Notes: generated from the letters alone by a model not told the origin. A DNA stretch of 64,000 nucleotides from a virus (IMGVR_UViG_3300021399_000113:32001-96000); one strand, 5' to 3'. Counted from the first letter of the stretch, positions 9,662 through 20,206 are shown. Translations and numbers: made by a program.

Positions 9662-9894
9662 TGCAGAACCTCATTGAAATATGGCAACCACGTTATCACG
9701 ATAAGAAAGTCCTCATTGCCACCTTTAAGGTGTGCAGTGGGGATAATTATATCAAGTTCACTAAGGATAAAAGACTTGCTGGGAAAGTATACAAATGCAG
9801 TGGAGATGTAATTCGTAAATGCCCTATAGAGAGCAATGGGAAGATAGCGTGTTTTGCTGTCCCTATGGAAAATCTTGAATTGGAGTTAGTATGA
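9661..9894 (+). CDS. hypothetical protein
   Basis: 77-aa ORF, AAGGAG RBS, coupled to neighbours. Confidence 0.6.
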   Translation: MQNLIEIWQPRYHDKKVLIATFKVCSGDNYIKFTKDKRLAGKVYKCSGDVIRKCPIESNGKIACFAVPMENLELELV

Positions 9895-10898
9895 AGTTTG
9901 CTGTAATCGGAGATGTGCATTGGAGCACATATTCATCTATTGTAAGAGGACGTGGAGAGAAATATTCCAAGCGTTTGGAAAATCTTATTGACACAATAAA
10001 TTGGTGTGAATCTGAGGCTGAAAAGAGAAAGGTCGATGCTGTTGTATATCTTGGAGATTTCTTCGATAAAGCAGAATTGACAAGTGAAGAAATCACAGCC
10101 CTCAAAGAAATTAACTGGAGCAATCGAAACAATTTGGGTAAGACAGAACATCTGTTCCTTGTAGGAAATCATGAGATTGGATTACATGACAACTCTTTCA
10201 GTACTTGTGAACTGTTTGGGCTTTTATTCTCTGAGGTTATGGATAAACCCATGACTATAAAGGCAAGTAATGGAACAGTTATGGGATTCTTGCCTTATGT
10301 TTCCGAAAGTGACAGATTACCTTTAACAGAACTGTTTCCAGACAGATGTGATGTTATATTTTCCCATAACGATTTAATCTGTCAGTATGGAATGTACAAG
10401 TCTACTGTTGGATATGACCCAGCAGATATAGAAAAAGTCTGCGGTTTATTTATCAATGGACACATCCATAACTATAATGAGATGGGAAATATTATCAATC
10501 TTGGTAACATTACTGGACAGAATTTCAGTGAAGATGGAACAGTCTATCCACATCATATGATGTTTTTAGATACAGTCGAAAAGAGCGTTGAGTTCGTAGA
10601 GAACCCTCATGCGCTGTATTTTTATAAAGTTGATTTTGATGGGTCTGATTATGAACCTTTTGATAATCACAGCGTAGTTACAGTTAAGTGTTCATTAGAG
10701 AATGTAGAGAAGGCGAAAGCTCTTGTAGCAAATGCATTAGCATCAAGAATAGTGATTACAAGGGATGAAGCTGTATCTGATGTATCAATAACAGAGTTGC
10801 AGACTGTTGACCATTTACAGAAGTTCGCAGAATTTGTACATCAGACTGTTGGTACAAGTGAAGCTGTTGACGAAGAGTTAAAGAGGGTACTTGCGTGA
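9891..10898 (+). CDS. SbcD/Mre11-like nuclease (gp47-like)
   Basis: GDVH, LGDFFD, VGNHE, FSHND, NGHIH; upstream of SMC-like ATPase. Confidence 0.88.
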   Translation: MKFAVIGDVHWSTYSSIVRGRGEKYSKRLENLIDTINWCESEAEKRKVDAVVYLGDFFDKAELTSEEITALKEINWSNRNNLGKTEHLFLVGNHEIGLHDNSFSTCELFGLLFSEVMDKPMTIKASNGTVMGFLPYVSESDRLPLTELFPDRCDVIFSHNDLICQYGMYKSTVGYDPADIEKVCGLFINGHIHNYNEMGNIINLGNITGQNFSEDGTVYPHHMMFLDTVEKSVEFVENPHALYFYKVDFDGSDYEPFDNHSVVTVKCSLENVEKAKALVANALASRIVITRDEAVSDVSITELQTVDHLQKFAEFVHQTVGTSEAVDEELKRVLA

Positions 10899-12874
10899 AT
10901 ATAAGATTTAAGAAGATACATCTATATAATTTTCAGTCCTTTCACGAGGCAGATGTTATTTTAGATAATCAAAATTACACAATAATCAATGGTATAAATA
11001 ACAGCCTTGTTGATAATGCTAAATCAAATGGCAGTGGTAAGTCTACTATATTTTCTGCCATCTCTTGGGTATTAACAGGTGAGACAGTAAATGGGGCAAA
11101 AGACATTTGTAACAAAACCTATGCAGATGAGGGATGTTTAGTCAGCCTTGACCTTGTAGTTGATAACAAAGAGTACACAATTACAAGAACAAAAGACCAT
11201 AAAGAGTACAAGACCAATCTGTTTATTTATATTGATGGTGAAAATAAGTCTGGTAAGGGTATTAGAGATAGTGAGAAGTTATTAGCAGAATATCTTCCAG
11301 ATTTAACGTCTTCATTGATTGGGTCAGTAATTATCCTTGGGCAAGGCTTGCCTCAGAAGTTCACAAATAACACTCCAAGTGGAAGAAAAGAAGTTCTTGA
11401 AAAGTTATCTAAATCAGATTTCATGATAGAGGATTTAAAGGCTCGTGTAAGCACGAGAAAGGCAGAATTAGCCAGTGAACAGCGTAACTTGGAAGATTGT
11501 GTACTTAAATCTAAGACACGCTTAGAAATGCAAAATAAACGCATTGCAGAGGCAGACGCATATTTAAATAATCCTCAAAATAAATCCGAAATTCAATCTC
11601 AGATAGCTGAAGAGGAAGAAACCCTTAAGAAACTTGGTACAGAGATTGATGATAAGGTAAATGGAAATAACTGTTTGCGTAACTCTTTGAACGAAGCATA
11701 TTCTCAGTATAATGAATTTTTATCACAGATAAACACTAAACAGTCAGAGATACATGATAAATATGCTGAACAGATGGATGGTGTAAGAAGCTCTTTTGCT
11801 GAGAAGAAGCAATCAGCCACGAATGTAGTTAACGAGCAGACCGCAATATTAAGTCAGTTAAAATCTGAATTATCTGTAAAGCAATCTGAATTTGTAAAGT
11901 TGGTACGTATTACAGATGTATGTCCAGTATGTAAGCAGAAGCTAATTGGGGTTGAGAAGCCAGATACAACTGCAATTAAATTAGAGATTGATGATTTGAA
12001 AGACAAGATTGATAAACAGACCACAGTTGTTGATAGAGCAAAAGAGGCAAGCAACTTGTTTGTACAGTCTGAACAAACAAGTTTAAATGAGATTAAGCAG
12101 AAAGAAACCGAAGAATTAAATAATTATAAACAATCCATAGCGGAGCGTGAGCAAGAGTTTAACACCATAATCAAAGAGTTAAACACTAAAGTAAGTAATA
12201 GCACCGATGAGATAAACGCATTACAGAAATCTAAATCCAAACTGACTGATGAGATAAACAAATTAAAGACTGTATTAAGTAGCATTGACTCTCAGATTGC
12301 ATATTACACACAGATGAAGACTGAGGCTGAGGCAGACGTTAAGGCTATCACTGATGAGATTGAAACAAAGAACGCAGAACTCACACGTGTTGCTGAATCT
12401 GTCCAAATTAATTCTAAGTTTAATACTTTGTTGACCAGAGATTTTAGAGGATATTTACTTTCTGATATAATCACATATATTGATAACAAAGCAAAAGAGT
12501 ATTGTCAGATTGTGTTTGATAATAAAAACCTTAAAGTATATCTGAACGGAAATAACATAGATATTGAGTGCCAAGGAAAAGAGTATGCATCATTATCTGG
12601 TGGCGAACAGCAAAAAGTTGACTTGATTATACAGTTTGCCATAAGGGATATGTTGAGCACATATCTCAACTTCTCGTGCAATATCATAGCACTTGATGAG
12701 ATTATGGACTTTGTAGATGCAGTTGGCTGTGATAACATTATCAATCTTGTACAAGAGGCTTGCAAAGATGTATCAAGTATATTTATTATCACACATCATA
12801 CAGAACTTAATTTGCCATGTGATAACACAATTTCCATTGTAAAGAGTGCTGAGGGGATTAGTTCTATACAATAA
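10895..12874 (+). CDS. SbcC/Rad50-like ATPase (gp46-like)
   Basis: NGSGKST, coiled coil with CPVC zinc hook, LSGGEQQK, LDE, ITHH. Confidence 0.92.
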   Translation: MNIRFKKIHLYNFQSFHEADVILDNQNYTIINGINNSLVDNAKSNGSGKSTIFSAISWVLTGETVNGAKDICNKTYADEGCLVSLDLVVDNKEYTITRTKDHKEYKTNLFIYIDGENKSGKGIRDSEKLLAEYLPDLTSSLIGSVIILGQGLPQKFTNNTPSGRKEVLEKLSKSDFMIEDLKARVSTRKAELASEQRNLEDCVLKSKTRLEMQNKRIAEADAYLNNPQNKSEIQSQIAEEEETLKKLGTEIDDKVNGNNCLRNSLNEAYSQYNEFLSQINTKQSEIHDKYAEQMDGVRSSFAEKKQSATNVVNEQTAILSQLKSELSVKQSEFVKLVRITDVCPVCKQKLIGVEKPDTTAIKLEIDDLKDKIDKQTTVVDRAKEASNLFVQSEQTSLNEIKQKETEELNNYKQSIAEREQEFNTIIKELNTKVSNSTDEINALQKSKSKLTDEINKLKTVLSSIDSQIAYYTQMKTEAEADVKAITDEIETKNAELTRVAESVQINSKFNTLLTRDFRGYLLSDIITYIDNKAKEYCQIVFDNKNLKVYLNGNNIDIECQGKEYASLSGGEQQKVDLIIQFAIRDMLSTYLNFSCNIIALDEIMDFVDAVGCDNIINLVQEACKDVSSIFIITHHTELNLPCDNTISIVKSAEGISSIQ

Positions 12875-12884
12875 ACATATATAG

Positions 12885-12936
12885 GTTATGCTCTATGAGT
12901 TGTATATATTTATATATAACGAAATAGGAGCATAAC
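12885..12936 (+). promoter_or_regulatory. long hairpin sequestering the RBS of the next gene
   Basis: GTTATGCTC/GAGCATAAC and GTTGTATATA/TATATATAAC arms cover the GGAG RBS. Confidence 0.55.
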
Positions 12937-12939
12937 TTT

Positions 12940-13734
12940 ATGTACTTTGAACCAGTAAGGGGAATGACAATAACAGATATGTGTATTTGGGTGGATGCCC
13001 ATATGCACGACAAAGATTGTGATGATGACCTTTTATTCAAATATTTATATTTTATTTGTGTAGGGACATTCTGTAAACAAAAAAGCTTTCAAACAAAAGA
13101 GTTGTTCGAGGATTTCTGTTTTTATGACGCAACAAAGATTTGGGAGAGGATACGAAATAAAGACCTTCCAAAATTTGATAGGTCAGTGTTAAATTATATT
13201 AAGGCAACTTTTGTAGCCCATAAAGCCCAATTTTTTAAAGAAGTGCTTTATGATACACAAACGTTGGTTTCTATTGAAGACTTGCAATCTAAAGGAATAG
13301 AACTGTATCGACCCTCTTATACACAGACACAGACCGATTTTAGATTAACACTGGAGAATATTTCTAACATTGTTAAATCTCATTTGAAGTATCGGGTTAA
13401 GCATAAATACTTGTGGAATGATATTTATATCTCATGTTTGGCAAGTTTAATATCAGCGATTACACCACATAGTATTAGAGAGAAATCATATTCAAATCTT
13501 ATAAATAATAATTATCCATATAGTGTAGATGGGTTAGCACGTATCTACGAGCAAGAAGAAAGTGAGATAGTACTGTTTAGGTTAGATGAATCTTATCGTG
13601 GGTACATCAATGTTTTAGTTAAAGAATTGAAACGTAAGATAGCAAAAGAGTTATCACAATGTGTCGATTGTAGTATTGACTATGATTATGGAACAGCACA
13701 CCTTGTAACAACGGAGCACAGTGAAGATGAATAG
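12940..13734 (+). CDS. hypothetical protein
   Basis: 264-aa ORF, AGGAG RBS. Confidence 0.65.
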   Translation: MYFEPVRGMTITDMCIWVDAHMHDKDCDDDLLFKYLYFICVGTFCKQKSFQTKELFEDFCFYDATKIWERIRNKDLPKFDRSVLNYIKATFVAHKAQFFKEVLYDTQTLVSIEDLQSKGIELYRPSYTQTQTDFRLTLENISNIVKSHLKYRVKHKYLWNDIYISCLASLISAITPHSIREKSYSNLINNNYPYSVDGLARIYEQEESEIVLFRLDESYRGYINVLVKELKRKIAKELSQCVDCSIDYDYGTAHLVTTEHSEDE

Positions 13735-14089
13735 AAAACTATTAGAAAAAATGTCATCCAATGACGTGTACAATTTTTTGTTGTTTGGGTTATCTATGAT
13801 TAAAAACGACCCAAATTATTGTACATTGGCTGAGATGATTTATATATTGGACAAGAACACTTTGCTTAAATTGCTTGAATATTATGGTGGGCAAACAATC
13901 ACCATTCCAACAATAGATGAGATGGAGGAACTGCTTTGTGCTCTTAATATATATCAGCAAGTGTCTTTTGAAGGTAGTGACTTTGATACAGAATTAACAA
14001 AAGTTCCAAACTATGTAAGCAAGAAAAATGTTACAGAGCTTTACAAAAAGTTGGAAATTGTTTTGCAAAATTACAGATTTAAGAGGTAA
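13721..14089 (+). CDS. possible Mor-family transcription regulator
   Basis: LAEMI..L....LKLLEYYGGQTITIP resembles the Mor/C signature. Confidence 0.45.
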   Translation: MKMNRKLLEKMSSNDVYNFLLFGLSMIKNDPNYCTLAEMIYILDKNTLLKLLEYYGGQTITIPTIDEMEELLCALNIYQQVSFEGSDFDTELTKVPNYVSKKNVTELYKKLEIVLQNYRFKR

Positions 14090-14264
14090 CATAAAAAATG
14101 AATAGTAACATAAAAGATGTTATTAATGAATTATCTCGTTACCATCGTAATAAAGATGAATTGTATGTAATGTATGTACAAGAGCGATTAAATACATCTG
14201 TTAAAAATTATGAGCATGACTTGAACTTATTGCTTAAAACAGTTAGCATAAAGGAACTGATAAA

Positions 14265-14597
14265 ATGACTGATACAGTTGATATTTTGAAAGAAAGTTTA
14301 CCACTTACTACAATGTCCTCACGAAGTATGGATAATATAGTAAGTATCATAGAATATTGTATATGTAATAATATTGCCACTAAATGTAATCACGATGAGG
14401 ATATTATTCACTGTGACATTGGGCTTGGGATGCTACATATACAGTGGGATAAAGACAATTTAAAAATGAATTTTTCGCCTAATGGAACATTTGAGTCTTA
14501 TATCAAAGACGCTATCAATGGTGATGACGCATTGGTAAAAGCACTTGAAAATTCCCTTAATAGCAAGATTATTCGTGTATATAAGGAATTGATGTAA
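14265..14597 (+). CDS. hypothetical protein
   Basis: ORF in operon, AAGGA RBS. Confidence 0.6.
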   Translation: MTDTVDILKESLPLTTMSSRSMDNIVSIIEYCICNNIATKCNHDEDIIHCDIGLGMLHIQWDKDNLKMNFSPNGTFESYIKDAINGDDALVKALENSLNSKIIRVYKELM

Positions 14598-14598
14598 T

Positions 14599-15132
14599 AT
14601 GGAAGAACCGATTAGTAATGTTATTGTAGAGGATTTATCAGAAGATAAGTTGCTGGCTGACACTTTATCGGAAGTTGATGTAGATAAAACACGACAGTTA
14701 GTTAATCTGTTTAATGCGAATGAGTCCAAGAAGAGCATGGTTAGGCTTAATAAGTTAAACACGCTCTATGATAATATTACTACTCAAATGATTAAACGAT
14801 TTGACAATGTGCCAGATAATTTTAGCAATGACGATTTAGTTAAATTCCTTAAAGTAACACAAGATGCAATAGAGAAAACTACAAATCTAATGAATAAAGT
14901 TAATGACGCTCCAGAAATTCAGCTTCAGCAGAACAACCAAGTTAACATTACTGTTAATAATAATGGTGGGCAAGAAGGATTGGACAGAGCATCAAGAGAC
15001 AGAATATTAGATGTTGTTAAAAATATATTGAAACAGAACCAATTACAAACTGTACCAAAATCTGATGATGAAGAAATTGATGATGATGTGTTGTCTGAGG
15101 ATTTATACAGAATTGAAGAGGATGATGCATGA
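14599..15132 (+). CDS. hypothetical helical protein
   Basis: 177-aa ORF; QQNNQVNI low-complexity segment and acidic tail. Confidence 0.55.
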   Translation: MEEPISNVIVEDLSEDKLLADTLSEVDVDKTRQLVNLFNANESKKSMVRLNKLNTLYDNITTQMIKRFDNVPDNFSNDDLVKFLKVTQDAIEKTTNLMNKVNDAPEIQLQQNNQVNITVNNNGGQEGLDRASRDRILDVVKNILKQNQLQTVPKSDDEEIDDDVLSEDLYRIEEDDA

Positions 15133-16376
15133 CAATAAACGAACAAGATTACTTTAAATTAATGCCAAACGAAAGTTTGTCATCTTTTTGGGAGCGTATT
15201 TATGACTATAAAGATGAGTACGATTTAACATGGTTTGACATTGCTAAAAAGATTACCGCCTATACTGATAGGGAATATAACTCAGAGCAGTGCAGAAAGC
15301 AGTGTGCATACTGGAGAGCAAAATCTGCAAATGATATAATCATTCCAGAGTTCCTTGGAAAAGAACGTGCAGAGGCTTTACACGAGAACACTACAGAGGT
15401 TAATGAATTGTTTGAACAGCAGTTAGCCTTAAAGAAGTTGAAAGTACAGATTTCAGACGAGCGTAATCAGACTAATGCATATATCAGACAGTTATCAAGA
15501 GAAGAGACTTTAAAGGATATTGCAAAGGCATATGCTGAGACAATGGAATTAAGAAAACCACTGCCATTAGAGTTTATGCCACACACAATACAATGTGGTG
15601 ATGAAGCAATCCTTTTAATATCTGACTGGCATTTTGGCATTGAGATAAACAATAGTTGGAATATCTATAATCCAGAAGTTGCACGAAAAAGAATAAATAA
15701 CCTTATTGACAAAGTGGGAAACTTGTGTTATAATAGGGGTGTACATAAGTTACATATAGTTAATCTTGGTGACTTAATCTCTGGTAGAATTCATATGCAA
15801 TTACGAATAGCTAACAGAGAGGATATTATACAACAAACAATGGATGTCGCAGAAATCCTTGATAGTATGATTTGTACATTCGTATCATCTTACGGATTAT
15901 CTGTATCATATTACGACTGTTTAGATAACCATAGTAGAGTGGAGTCAAACAAGAAAGAATCACTTGACCTTGAATCTATGGTTAGAATAATTAAGTGGTA
16001 TCTTAAATCTCGTTATAAAGATGTTGATGATTCTGTCGTTGAGATTGTTGATAATGAGTTTGCAGAAGATATAATCTCCTTTAATTGTATGGGTCATAAG
16101 ATTGGTGGTGTACATGGAGACAAAGACAGTGTAAGTAAAGTTATTAGCAACTTAACACTGTTGACAAAAGAACCTTTTGAGTTGATTGTATCAGCACACA
16201 TACATCATTTTACCTGTGATGAACAAAATGGGTGCATTCTGATAGTTAATCCATCTCTTATGGGTGCAGATGATTACGCTTTATCATTAAGATGTAATAG
16301 CAAGCCTGCTCAAACACTCATATTCCCAAGTAAAGATAACGTGTGTGAGTGTATATATAAATTAGATTTATCATAA
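15129..16376 (+). CDS. calcineurin-like metallophosphoesterase with N-terminal helical domain
   Basis: ISDWHFG, NLGDLISG, DNHSR, VHGD, AHIHH. Confidence 0.8.
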   Translation: MTINEQDYFKLMPNESLSSFWERIYDYKDEYDLTWFDIAKKITAYTDREYNSEQCRKQCAYWRAKSANDIIIPEFLGKERAEALHENTTEVNELFEQQLALKKLKVQISDERNQTNAYIRQLSREETLKDIAKAYAETMELRKPLPLEFMPHTIQCGDEAILLISDWHFGIEINNSWNIYNPEVARKRINNLIDKVGNLCYNRGVHKLHIVNLGDLISGRIHMQLRIANREDIIQQTMDVAEILDSMICTFVSSYGLSVSYYDCLDNHSRVESNKKESLDLESMVRIIKWYLKSRYKDVDDSVVEIVDNEFAEDIISFNCMGHKIGGVHGDKDSVSKVISNLTLLTKEPFELIVSAHIHHFTCDEQNGCILIVNPSLMGADDYALSLRCNSKPAQTLIFPSKDNVCECIYKLDLS

Positions 16377-16468
16377 GTTCAATTCACATAAAATACAAAA
16401 TAACAAATAATTGAGAGTCCAGCGGTAAGTCCCATAGAGGTAAGACGTTGGTAAGACAAGGAGAACAC

Positions 16469-16888
16469 ATGAAGTATTACAGTGAAATTTTAAACAAGAA
16501 TTTTGATTCTGAAAAGGAATGTCGTAAGGCAGAGGAAGATTACAAGAAGAATCAGTATCAGCAGAAAGCATCAAGAAAGCTGTATGCTGACAAGATTGCA
16601 GTAGCAGAGGGAAAGATTGCTGACGCTAAGAAGTTTCAGAATGAAGCAAAAGCAAAGATTGAAGCAATTCAGAAAGAGGCTTTGCTTGAGATTGCTGAGG
16701 TTAAGGATGAAGTAAATCAGAAACTTGCCGATGCTTACGATGAGTACAATAAGGCTTTGAAGGAGTTCACAGACAAGTTCGGAACTTACACAAAGACCTA
16801 TACAGGCAAGGATGCAGAGAATTATATCCGCAATACCTATGGAGACCTTAACACTCTGCTTGATGCATTTGTTTCGCATCTGTATTAA
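16469..16888 (+). CDS. hypothetical coiled-coil protein
   Basis: AAGGAG RBS; followed by terminator. Confidence 0.65.
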   Translation: MKYYSEILNKNFDSEKECRKAEEDYKKNQYQQKASRKLYADKIAVAEGKIADAKKFQNEAKAKIEAIQKEALLEIAEVKDEVNQKLADAYDEYNKALKEFTDKFGTYTKTYTGKDAENYIRNTYGDLNTLLDAFVSHLY

Positions 16889-16944
16889 TTAAGAAAATAA
16901 ATCGTGAATGAACTTATGACTAATAATTTGATGTGAAATAATAT

Positions 16945-16978
16945 GGTGCACAATGGTTAGTCGTTGTGCACCTTTTTT
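16945..16978 (+). terminator. intrinsic terminator
   Basis: GGTGCACAAT/GTTGTGCACC stem + T6. Confidence 0.75.
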
Positions 16979-16989
16979 GTGAGGAAAGT

Positions 16990-17325
16990 ATGTCAGTTAA
17001 ACATGTAAAAGAATATTATGACACAATGTGTAGTCAGTACCATGAGTTGTGTGATGGTTTGAGGGAGTTCGAGGAATTATGTGACAGCAATATAATTTCT
17101 CCAGAGCGTCTTGAAAATATGAAGAAGATGGTAGAGCCATTAAGAAACAATTATCAAACTCTATCATATATTATGTATTTGCTTAATATGCCGAACAGAA
17201 AAGAAAGGCAAAAGAAATACGAGAAAATGCATAAGAAGTTTCTTGGGATGATAGATGACGCTAACACAAAGCAAGGCAAGATTGATGAAAATAAAAAGGT
17301 GTTAAAGGATTTAAAGGACGCATAA
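16990..17325 (+). CDS. hypothetical protein
   Basis: GAGG RBS, ATG at 16990 within ORF 16966..17325. Confidence 0.6.
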   Translation: MSVKHVKEYYDTMCSQYHELCDGLREFEELCDSNIISPERLENMKKMVEPLRNNYQTLSYIMYLLNMPNRKERQKKYEKMHKKFLGMIDDANTKQGKIDENKKVLKDLKDA

Positions 17326-17591
17326 TGGAAGAGTTTTTAGAGAGCATAGGTATCTATGACATCGGAGAGTATGATAAAAAGAACACTTATGTTATTGATA
17401 TAGATAATTCTAATGAGTATGACAAGATGTTAAATAAACTTGAAAAGTCTGACAAGTTAGATGTAGATGATGAGAGTTGTCTGATGACTATACATAATGC
17501 AAGTACACAATTTACTTCTGATGATTATATCGTCACAATTTTAGCTAACTTTGATGATGATACATACAAATTAACAGTTAAAGAAAGGTAA
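17325..17591 (+). CDS. hypothetical acidic protein
   Basis: TAATG-coupled ORF. Confidence 0.6.
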   Translation: MEEFLESIGIYDIGEYDKKNTYVIDIDNSNEYDKMLNKLEKSDKLDVDDESCLMTIHNASTQFTSDDYIVTILANFDDDTYKLTVKER

Positions 17592-17594
17592 TTT

Positions 17595-18287
17595 ATGAAA
17601 GAGATTATAACTATTACTGGTCTTGATGATGAGAAAGTTGGACTTCTTGACAAGATGTGTGACCGCCTTGATACAAAGAAGAAAAACGCTTTGATGAGAG
17701 AGTGTATTCTGGAATTAAAATCTACTATGGAGCAGAATGATTTAGTATCGTTATCAGCCCCTCAGATTGGTTATAATTGCAGAATTTTCTGTGTTAAACT
17801 TGATGATAGGATTAAAGCATTTATTAACCCTATGATTACTAAGGCAACTGGATTGCAGTTGTCAAGAGAGACATGTTCAAGTATTCCTAATAAGACCTAT
17901 ATTAGAATACGTCATCCTCAGATTGAACTGCACTATGAGAACCCTCTTGGTAGAGTAGAGTGTGCCACCTTTGTGGGTAAATCAGCAATGGTTGTACAGC
18001 ATTGTGTAGACCATCTTGATGGATTACTTCTCCCAGATGTAGGTCTTGAGATTGACGCTGATTTTGACAACGCAACAGATGAGGAACGTGGAGAGGTTAT
18101 TGATGCATATCTTAGTGCTCTTGACCTGAAACGTGCTGAAATTCATAAGGATATTGAATCAGATGCCGAGGCAAAGAAAGTCTCAGATGCTATGAAATTT
18201 ATGACTGCTGTAGAAAATGGAGAAGTAGTTCTTTCGGATGAAACTGTAACTGTAACGAGGGCAGTAGACGATAAGGATGAGGAATGA
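17595..18287 (+). CDS. def: peptide deformylase-like protein with degenerate motifs
   Basis: SLSAPQIG, FINPMI, ETCSSIP, QHCVDHLDG. Confidence 0.8.
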   Translation: MKEIITITGLDDEKVGLLDKMCDRLDTKKKNALMRECILELKSTMEQNDLVSLSAPQIGYNCRIFCVKLDDRIKAFINPMITKATGLQLSRETCSSIPNKTYIRIRHPQIELHYENPLGRVECATFVGKSAMVVQHCVDHLDGLLLPDVGLEIDADFDNATDEERGEVIDAYLSALDLKRAEIHKDIESDAEAKKVSDAMKFMTAVENGEVVLSDETVTVTRAVDDKDEE

Positions 18288-18789
18288 AGTCTATTTAAGA
18301 GGAACAATTTGTGATATTCAGCCATCCCATCTCTTTGATGGGGTGCAATACTACAAAGCGTTCCTTAATGTTGTAAACTCTTCTAATCGTATTCCAATAG
18401 TATTTAAGAGGGATTGTGTAGAAGAGGGGCAAGAGGTTTCTATATATGGCAATATAAGAAGTCATACACATCAAGTTAATAATCGCAAGGTTACTGATGT
18501 GTACGTCTATACAGATTTTGTTATCCAAGAAGATTGCAACAATTTTATTTATCTTGAGGGGAATATTTGTAAGGTTAATTCACCTAAAGTAGATAGTAAA
18601 GGCAATAAATTTCAGACTTTCATTGTTGCTAATAATCAATTCCCTAATAATCGCAAGGTTAACAATTATATCCCATTTATTGTTTACGCTGGCAGTGCGT
18701 GTTATGATGCCTTGGAAGTTGGGGATGTTGTTGGTCTTAGTGGTGAATTGACAACCAAAGGAAACTGGTGCGAGGTTCAATTGGCATGA
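18277..18789 (+). CDS. single-stranded DNA-binding protein with two OB folds
   Basis: Duplicated NEVYLRG/NFIYLEG, G.IRS, NNRKV x2, YIP.I, L.VGD.V.LSGEL. Confidence 0.6.
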   Translation: MRNEVYLRGTICDIQPSHLFDGVQYYKAFLNVVNSSNRIPIVFKRDCVEEGQEVSIYGNIRSHTHQVNNRKVTDVYVYTDFVIQEDCNNFIYLEGNICKVNSPKVDSKGNKFQTFIVANNQFPNNRKVNNYIPFIVYAGSACYDALEVGDVVGLSGELTTKGNWCEVQLA

Positions 18790-19139
18790 ATTTTCCATAT
18801 TTAATACAAACAACTGCGACAGCAGATATTGAAATTGAAAATATAGGTAATGTCTGTTTATGCGCCAATAATGACGTTGCAGAAGAATGGTATTTATATA
18901 TTCACACAGTTCTTGGCAGAACAACAATTATTGAGTTCGGACCTGTTGAGTCAGATATAGATGAACTTCCAGATTTTGTTAGTTTTACCTATAGCAAAAT
19001 TGATTTTAATGAGAAAAAACTTGATGGGATTATTGATAAATTTTTAAATAATCCCAAACGAGTTATAACCCAAGTAACAGAGATTGACGCAGAAACCTTT
19101 AAGAGCAGAATCAAAGATATTAAAAGGTATATCGTATGA
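18786..19139 (+). CDS. hypothetical protein
   Basis: ATGA overlap with upstream stop. Confidence 0.55.
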   Translation: MNFPYLIQTTATADIEIENIGNVCLCANNDVAEEWYLYIHTVLGRTTIIEFGPVESDIDELPDFVSFTYSKIDFNEKKLDGIIDKFLNNPKRVITQVTEIDAETFKSRIKDIKRYIV

Positions 19140-19372
19140 GTGAAGTAAAAGTAATGAATTTTAAGCGACAAGTTATTGGCTATATTGATACCAGACCAGA
19201 TGGCACAAAAATAGCCAAAGACTTCTATCGCAGAAAACTTGGTGAGTATTCACCACGTTCAGATGTAACAAAGGACTTTTATGGTCACATTGTGGCACAT
19301 GGTGACCAAACTGCTATGCTAATCAATATGCAGTATGCAGAAACCCACAAGACAAACTAACTTGGAGCGTAT

Positions 19373-20206
19373 ATGAATTATTTACTATACAACAAAGATT
19401 GCTTTGATGCTATGGCTGATATGGTAGCTAATGATACAAAGGCAGATATTATCCTTACATCACCTCCCTACAATACTGGTAGACCTTCTACATCTGAAAA
19501 GTCAAGAAATAACCATGAGGGTCGCTATGATATGCATCTTGACACAATGACCCAAGAAGAATACATTAAGTGGAGTGTTGATTTATTTAAATCCTTCGAT
19601 ACTGTATTGCAAAAAGATGGAGTAATACTATATAACATTTCGTATGGTTCAGATGGCACAGTCAACAGTAGTAGTGTTGGATTACTTTGGTTGGTAATTG
19701 CTGATATTATTCGAAACACTGACTTTACAGTTGCAGATAGAATTGTTTGGAAAAAGAAATGTGCCCTTCCTAATAATGTCAGTAAAAATAAACTAACGAG
19801 AATCTGTGAGGATGTTTTTGTTTTTGTTCGCAAAGATGAGTATTCAACATTTAATTGCAACAAAACCATTAGTGGCACAAGTGAAACTGGACAAACCTTT
19901 TATAATAATATAAATAATTTTATCGAAGCTAAGAATAATGATGGTTCATGTGATTTAAATAAGGCTACATTCTCAAGTGAGTTGGTACAAAAATTATTAT
20001 ATATATATGCACAGCGTGGGATGTTGGTTTATGACCCTTTTAATGGGACTGGTACAACAGCCGTTGGATGTTATTTATATGGCTGTGACTGTATTGGCAG
20101 TGAACTTAGCACAGCACAATGCAACTATTCGGTTGATAGATTGTCAGAAATTTCCAGCGGGATGAATGGACTGCTTTATGGAAATGTAACAACAATTGTA
20201 AAGTGA
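19373..20206 (+). CDS. N4-C/N6-A DNA methyltransferase (beta class)
   Basis: TSPPYN catalytic motif precedes DPFNGTGTT SAM-binding motif. Confidence 0.9.
   Translation: MNYLLYNKDCFDAMADMVANDTKADIILTSPPYNTGRPSTSEKSRNNHEGRYDMHLDTMTQEEYIKWSVDLFKSFDTVLQKDGVILYNISYGSDGTVNSSSVGLLWLVIADIIRNTDFTVADRIVWKKKCALPNNVSKNKLTRICEDVFVFVRKDEYSTFNCNKTISGTSETGQTFYNNINNFIEAKNNDGSCDLNKATFSSELVQKLLYIYAQRGMLVYDPFNGTGTTAVGCYLYGCDCIGSELSTAQCNYSVDRLSEISSGMNGLLYGNVTTIVK

Noticed and set aside
14599-15132. Terminase small subunit
   Set aside because: Only a vague compositional resemblance, and no large terminase nearby.
18478-18661. 17-bp direct repeat TAATAATCGCAAGGTTA as a recombination or regulatory site
   Set aside because: Both copies are in frame (NNRKV) within the two OB-fold halves, consistent with internal duplication.
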